Assembly (NCBI GenBank): GCA_036630325.1
Contig: CP142728.1
Location: 1,426,001 to 1,467,808, forward strand
Origin: Vairimorpha necatrix
Lineage: Eukaryota
Direction: 5' to 3'
DNA: 41,808 nucleotides
The notes below the pieces were generated by a model. That model was not told where the DNA came from, searched no databases, and saw only the letters and a program-made list of their open reading frames with translations. Position 1 is the first letter of the stretch. Each line of letters opens with the position of its first letter. Made by a program: the position numbers and the translations under genes. Below, piece after piece: positions 35,054 through 41,808 of the stretch.

Positions 35054-38000
35054 TTTTATTTATGTTCTATAAAAAAAAGTAAAAGGACATTATATTCACA
35101 TTATAAGTTTCTTTAAAAATAATTAGACAAAAAATAAAGTATGCATGAAACAAATTAACTCGTTTGTTCCTTATTTCTAATTTCTAAAACCAAATTCCGT
35201 ACACAATTTTAATTTGGCAGAAAAACAAATCCTTTTAAGAGAGATTATCGAAATGTCGTTTCTTACAAAAACAATTTTGATTTTAAGTTCAAGCCATTTA
35301 TAATATTTAGGGCGAAAATATATATATGCGAGAAATTAATATTTAAAAAATAAAAGAATAAATTTCTTTGAAGAAACAGTCCAATATTTATTTTAGATGA
35401 ATCAGTGGTTTACATTCCTCGTATAAAAACCAACGATCAAATATATCATTACTAAATTAGTAATACTGTCATTGTTTTTTTTGTTCCGTAAATCCTAACC
35501 TAGTCTTCTATCGTATAACAAAACATAAGGTTACACATTTGATAAACTTTATGAATTTTGTGTTGCTAAAGTATTTCTGATTTTTAAATAGAAATGTAAT
35601 CTTTTAATAAATATCAGTTGTAGATAAAATTTTGACAAGAAATAAATATGAAAATTACCTTATAAAACCTAGATGAAATGCGCTTAATACGTACGATTCA
35701 AGTCGAATTAATAAAATCAACTTGTTATATTCAAGAACATAAGTAAAAGCCGCCTAATTCAATGTATCTGTGTAAAATCAAAAATAAGATAAATTCTTAG
35801 TTAAAAAATGCATCATGTTAAATATAATAATTCAAGTATTTATATTTTTTAATTATTATTTGAAATGACAAGAAACGTATCTACAATAAAAATATAATAC
35901 AAGGATCAAAATGATGCAAATCTAACACACTCGTAAAAATCAAAAACAACTTGCATTATAGTATAAAACTATCTATGTAGAAATTTTTAAGTTAATAAAT
36001 TTGAATAGAAAACTTGCATCAGCAATACATATAGAGTGGATAAAAAAATATTAAAATTAAAACAAAATAACAAACCGTTTTTTAAAACAATTTTATAATC
36101 AATAGTGTAATATAAGGAAAATTTACATATAGAGTATTAATAAACTGAAATCGAAAGTTCTATATATAAATTAGAGATGATTATTGTATAAAAAATAATA
36201 AGTAATTTTGTATAAAGTAGCTTTTAATATTTAATTTTAAAATTATATTTTTTGTAGTAGATACTAAATATGTAGAACATTTTGAAAATATTTATGAGAT
36301 ATAAAATGCATGCCCAGTCCTTTACCTTTAAGATTAACGTCGCTAGAAAAAAACATTGTAACTAAGCCTTTTCCATAATGACTATTAAGATTTACTTTTT
36401 TTGAAAAAACTTTTTTGTTCCCCCCACGACAAAGTTCTTTTTGGTAATCATAAAAAAGTTTTATGTTCCACTGAGCTTTAAAAAATGAAAAAATGGAACT
36501 TTACTATAAATGAACAACTTCACTTACAACTAGAAATAAAATTGATGTTTACATCGACCGTGTTTTCAAAAAAGGCAAGTTTTTTTTAAAAAAAACATTA
36601 CGTAAGCAGTGTTTAATGAAATTTGTTAAAGGCAAATTAACGTCTAAAGAATTTATCTAGGATCATCTTTTTTTTCTTTTATACGATTCTATATCCCCAT
36701 TTTCCAAAATTCGAATAACTGGTGGTCAAAGAAGTTCGTAGAAAGCAGGATCGAATTTTAGTAATGTTAGAAGTAGCGTAAAAGATTCATGTAATGATAA
36801 GTGTTATTCGTGGAAGTTAAATATGTACATGGATTTGCAATTTAGAATTTATTTAAATCCTAGTTTCTTATCAGCAGTGGATCTTGACGATGTAATATAA
36901 AGATAGATAAAAACATATGTTCTGAAACGAAAAAATTGTACAATATGTACTTTCTGTAGTTTGTATACAAATTCAAATTGGTATTTATCAATAAACTCTA
37001 TACACTAAACGTATGAGAACAAATTCATTGTTAACAAAATTCTAAGTAATAGTTTTCTCTTACCTTTCATGGAAAAAAATAAAAGTTAGGAAGAGAGTAA
37101 TATTATGAGAAAAGAAGAGAATGTCTAGAAATATTATCTAATGAAAGATCATTAACTTTACGAAAAATTCAATACAATCGAAAGCGAAATTATTAGATAA
37201 GAAATTTAGCATATAATAAAATTTGAAAGTTTGTGCATGCACTAAATGATGATAATAGTATATTTTTTTCGAATAACAACATTGTAATAGCATGCTGACA
37301 AAGCTTATATATCGGTTTTTGTAAGCCCTTATTAGTTATCATACAATTCTAGATAATATATTAGCAATAAATAAATTCTGAATTATCATATAAACTGTTT
37401 ACAGTTATAATTAAGATGAATCAGTAGAACAAAATATTTCAAATGTAAAGTTAGAAATAATTAGAACATTATATTAATACCAAATTAAAGACTGTCATTC
37501 TATTATAATGAATTATTTTAATGAGTTTAATAAATAAAAATATCATAAAAACGTATATATGATATAAAATTCTATAAATAAAAAGAATAATTATTTTATA
37601 TATATATATATATATATATATCAGTAAAAATCTAGAGTTTAGTATAAAAAAAATATATTTAGAAAAAAATGTTGGCCATGTAAAAGAATGTGTGTAGTAA
37701 TTTGGTTGTCGGTATTGAATTTTGCTTTTTTTTTATGATAAAGATAATTAAAACAACTGATTATCTTACAATAAATACTAAATGAAGGATAAATCATCAG
37801 ATCAAGCGTTGTAGAATTCTAATATTCTTTATCGATGCTAGGTTCATATTAATCTTGTCTATTATATTTAATGAAACTAATCTTTTTGTAATATTTAATT
37901 TATATATTTTGGAATCTGAAATTATCTTCATTTAATGAAAATATTTGAAAATTTTTTTTTAAATATATTATGATTAAACAAAAATGATATATAAAAAAGT

Positions 38001-38100
38001 AAATAAATTAGTTTATAGAGTAAAATAAAGAAGATATATATACATTTGAATAAAAATATAATATAATATTAATATTGTTGTTTTATATAAAATAAAAAAT

Positions 38101-38327
38101 AGGTTAAACTATCAAATACTCTAAGAAAGTAGAAGCGTACATCAAGATGATTACAGAAGACAAACTTAAGCATTCCAATAGACTACCGAAGAGATGTTTG
38201 GGTTCCGCTTTGAAAATGACTAAGAGTCGATAAGCTGCCCACAAACAGGAGACGCTAACGCGAACCTATTCAGAATATACTAGAATATAAAACATCATTA
38301 GCATATCTCGTTATAATTCATTTTTAT
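38101..38327 (+). mobile_element. Paralogous RLE non-LTR 3' fragment
   Basis: Reads KVEAYIKMIT and has the same 3' UTR motif; duplicate of 9300-9525. Confidence 0.8.
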
Positions 38328-38451
38328 GTGAAAAATAATAGTAATTATGTTGTATATATTTGTAAAGATTGTTTATATATATTATAACAATGATATTTAT
38401 TATGTTATTTTCTGAAATTAAACTATATTTTTTTTATATTAAATATGAATT

Positions 38452-40429
38452 TGTGGTATTATTTACCACATTATTATATTTTCCTCCAAATGAATTTTCT
38501 AGAATTTATTTTTATATAAATATTTTCTTTTTATTTTTACCCCCACCAAAATATGTCAAGAAGAACAGAGGAGTCTAGAAATCAGCAGTATCAATCACTG
38601 CATCCCCAGAAAAGGGAAGATAAAGCCCAAGGAGGCAGATTTAATAATACAACTTAAATTATAATAAAACTTTAATACCCGTCAGAAGCATTATAGAATG
38701 CTATCTGAGGAACGGCCAACTCCCGGGTAATACCTCAATGAGCTCATTAGTATTAGAAAAAAGTAATAATACTGAGAAATAAAATGATGATGAAGCATAT
38801 ACCACATTTGATAAAACCATAGAAGGAACTACAATAGTGGTTAAAGAAAAAATTGAAAAATGTAAAACTTGACTGCACCATAAAGCATCTCGAGCTGTTT
38901 GAAGAGCTAGGAACGGCCATTAAATGGACTGATGAGCAGATGGGACTCATCTACTAACCTTTGATTGAAGATTCTAAGGTGAAAGATAAGCTAAATAAGA
39001 AAAGCTTCAAAAAACAAAAAAAAAAAGAACTACTAGAATTTAGATATCCAAAAAATGATGTAGCTTTATTATTAACAGAGATGGAAACTGTAAAACAGGT
39101 AAATTATAGAAGTATAGCAGATTACTACGAGAAAATAGAGTCGATGATTGAAATATACGGAATATCTATGAACTTATCGAAAAGGAATTTGATGTTAGAT
39201 TGAAACAGATTTTTGAGAGAGGATTAGGCAGATCAACTGCCATTGAAGTTTTAAAATCAGGAATGAAAAACAAGGGAACAAACAAGCTATTAAAATATTC
39301 ACAAGATCTGGAAGAAATGATTATTTTATAGGCGAAACTGTTGGGACACGATATCGCAATTTATATCTAAGAAAGAGCTTTATGAAAGACCTGAAGAAAC
39401 AGGAAGATACTTTAAATGTGATAATGGTGCTCTATACATCGAGCAAGATCACATGATACACGAGATTGTCGTCTAAGAAAACCAAAAGCCAACGATAGTG
39501 AAATAAAAAAAGAAGAAAAATCGTTAATGATAAAAAAAAAATTCCTACGATGAATTGGATATAAAACATAAAAAACCGACTGCCTATTAATTCAGAAACA
39601 AAAAGAAAATAAAATCATCAATAAACAGAAAAGTATAAATGAAAGAATAAATAATATAGATAATTGTATTAAAAGGAATTTGAATAAAAAATAGACAATC
39701 TTCTAGCTAAAGTCTTAACTAATATAGTTGACTTTGTGAAAAGGACAGGGAATACGATACCATCAGATGATATATATTCAAGAAATATTAAAATAAATAA
39801 CAAAGAAAGAAGCAAGCCTCGTGATAAAATTAAAGATAACCATGCACATGTAAAAGATTTGGCAACATCTAAATATGATAGTTATTAGAATAAAAATAAA
39901 TTAAATCTTGGAACTTTCAGAAAACATTGCCTCAAAAATAAAATGCAGCAGTTGCCATTTAGCATATGTAGATATGAAATAAACGGTGAATTTGAGAGCT
40001 CAAATATGATAAGTTGAACTCATACCTTGATTTGAGGTTTAAAATATCCTACCCAGCTATTACTAGGAAACGGCGGAAAGAACTATATGATGATTTCGGA
40101 GGAATCCGTATTCTAATTTGCTGACCCTTTAGAGAAGGTAGTATGTGGCATTATTTACCACATTATTATATTTTCCTCCAAATGAATTTTCTAGAATTTA
40201 TTTTTATATAAATATTTTCTTTTTATTTTTACCCCCACCAAAATATGTCAAGAAGAACAGAGGAGTCTAGAAATCAGCAGTATCAATCAATGCATCCCCA
40301 GAAAAGGGAAGATAAAGCCCAAGGAGGCAGATTTAATAATACAACTTAAATTATAATAAAACTTTAATACCAGGGAGAAGCATTATAGAATGCTATCTGA
40401 GGAATGGCCAACTCCCGGGTAATACCTCA
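38452..40429 (+). mobile_element. Non-autonomous (gag-only, pol-less) LTR retrotransposon, 1978 bp
   Basis: 286-bp LTRs at 38452-38737 and 40144-40429, both TG..CA. TSD GAATT at 38447-38451 and 40430-40434. Purine tract AGAGAAGGTAGTA before the 3' LTR. Confidence 0.93.
38780..39500 (+). pseudogene. gag: gag remnant with CX2HX4HX4C knuckle
   Basis: Interrupted frame including ORF 38961..39203. 39425-39469 encodes WCSIHRARSHDTRDC. Confidence 0.75.
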
Positions 40430-41808
40430 GAATTAAACATAAAAACAAGAAATAATTATATGACAAATTAATAATTTTTTTTTCTGAATGGAGTATCCAC
40501 ACATCTTATATCCGGCATGAGGCCTGATCCGAAGTTGAAGTGGTGAGTCTAAACTAACATATTGATTTATATTATTTGTTTGTTTTGCTGCTCATCGGAA
40601 TTGTAGGTCAGGGGTAAATTCCGTTTAAATAGTCAATTAGATTAACTGTCAAACTCTTTGAGATGTAAACAAACAAACATGAAACCGAAGTTCTACTGAA
40701 TTAGTAGTACTTCATGTGACATGCACTTGTCTTACTTTTAGTTTGTGAATGTCAAACATGTCTTATGTTTATTTACAATACTCTGAGATGTTTGACAGTA
40801 CCAATAATCATTGTTTAATTATAAGCCGTATCGTCAGTGCAGGTCTCAGGCTTCAAGACATCTGAATAAATATTATAATTGATATTTCGAAAACTATTTC
40901 TTGCATAATTTAGTACATTTTTTTTTAGAGGTTGCCAACGTATGTATCTGTATAATTAATATTTTAAGAATTTTAGATTTATTTGTCTTTTTTGTATGAG
41001 TACGTAAGTATATAATTAGCTGCATATAAAATAATTATGAAACGCATTATGTGCAGAATCGACATGTAATTAAAAATTGAAGTAAAGTTTAACATATTAA
41101 ATCGCCTTTGGACACAATACGTAAATTAAACGATATATTTATTTCTTTTTTCAAGATAAAAACATATTTTTCAAACAAGTAAATAAGATTCTTTCAAAAA
41201 GAAATTAAAACACAATCATTGAATGTTTTAATTACAAGAAATGTCTGATACTATACATAAACTATTTAAGACATATAATTTAGTCTAACAATCTATTGTT
41301 TAATAAATTAGGACGTATTTATATACAAGAAATAAGATTATACATTTATCTAAAATAATTCTGGTATATGCATTAAAATATTTAAATAAATGTTAAAAAA
41401 CCAAAACTTGATAAACTAAATACAAAGGTTTCATAGAAGTGTGTATTAATGATTACTTAATAAGGACAGTTGTCAAAGTTTACTCTGTTAAATATTCACC
41501 AATAATACAACAAAAAATGAAAAATTTACAATATGTGTTTATCCATGCAAATTAATTAACCTTTAACTTACGTGGCTAAAAATCATTACAATAAAAATAA
41601 AATATAAAAAAGAAGTTTGTATATGAAGGGCAAAAAAAAAATCAATGAAGCAAGTACACAATCATAAAGTTATTAATAGCGAAATATTTTTAGCCTTCTA
41701 ACTTAAAAGTAGCAAAGTTTTATCTATGAAGAACAGAGAAATACAGGAAAAATAAGAACGAGCATACTGGTTGAAAGAAAAAAAAATCTTCTAAAATTTA
41801 AAACGAAC

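Larger units (their letters stand above)
28799..41808 (+). repeat. Large direct segmental duplication, copy 2 (runs off right edge)
   Basis: Collinear diverged copy of 1..11296. It lacks MITE-1 (empty site ~29837-29844), carries MITE-2 (34219-35053), and carries a full two-LTR element (38452-40429) where copy 1 has a solo LTR. Confidence 0.97.

Overview
Very AT-rich eukaryotic DNA with no intact protein-coding gene that I can support. The retroelement peptides resemble those I recall from microsporidia, but that assignment is inference. The largest structure is a direct duplication: 1..~11296 recurs at 28799..41808, and both copies run off the window edges. The copies are diverged, patchily, and differ by three clean insertion polymorphisms. 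Two are members of one ~840-bp GG...CC, 8-bp-TSD (Merlin-like) MITE family, each present in only one copy. The third is a 286-bp LTR that is solo in copy 1 but flanks a gag-only internal region in copy 2. The single-copy middle holds a decayed Ty3/gypsy element (16734..19882) with extremely short ~39-bp LTRs, supported by TSD, PBS and PPT; this is the most unusual observation. The middle also holds a Helitron-like 3' end, a ~160-bp x ~8.2 minisatellite and two TSD-flanked 3' fragments of an RLE-type (R2/R4-like) non-LTR retrotransposon. Further RLE fragments, a tRNA-derived SINE-like head and a hairpin-rich conserved block lie inside the duplicated unit. Most ORFs in the supplied track are antisense or repeat artefacts. 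All counts and alignments were done by eye.
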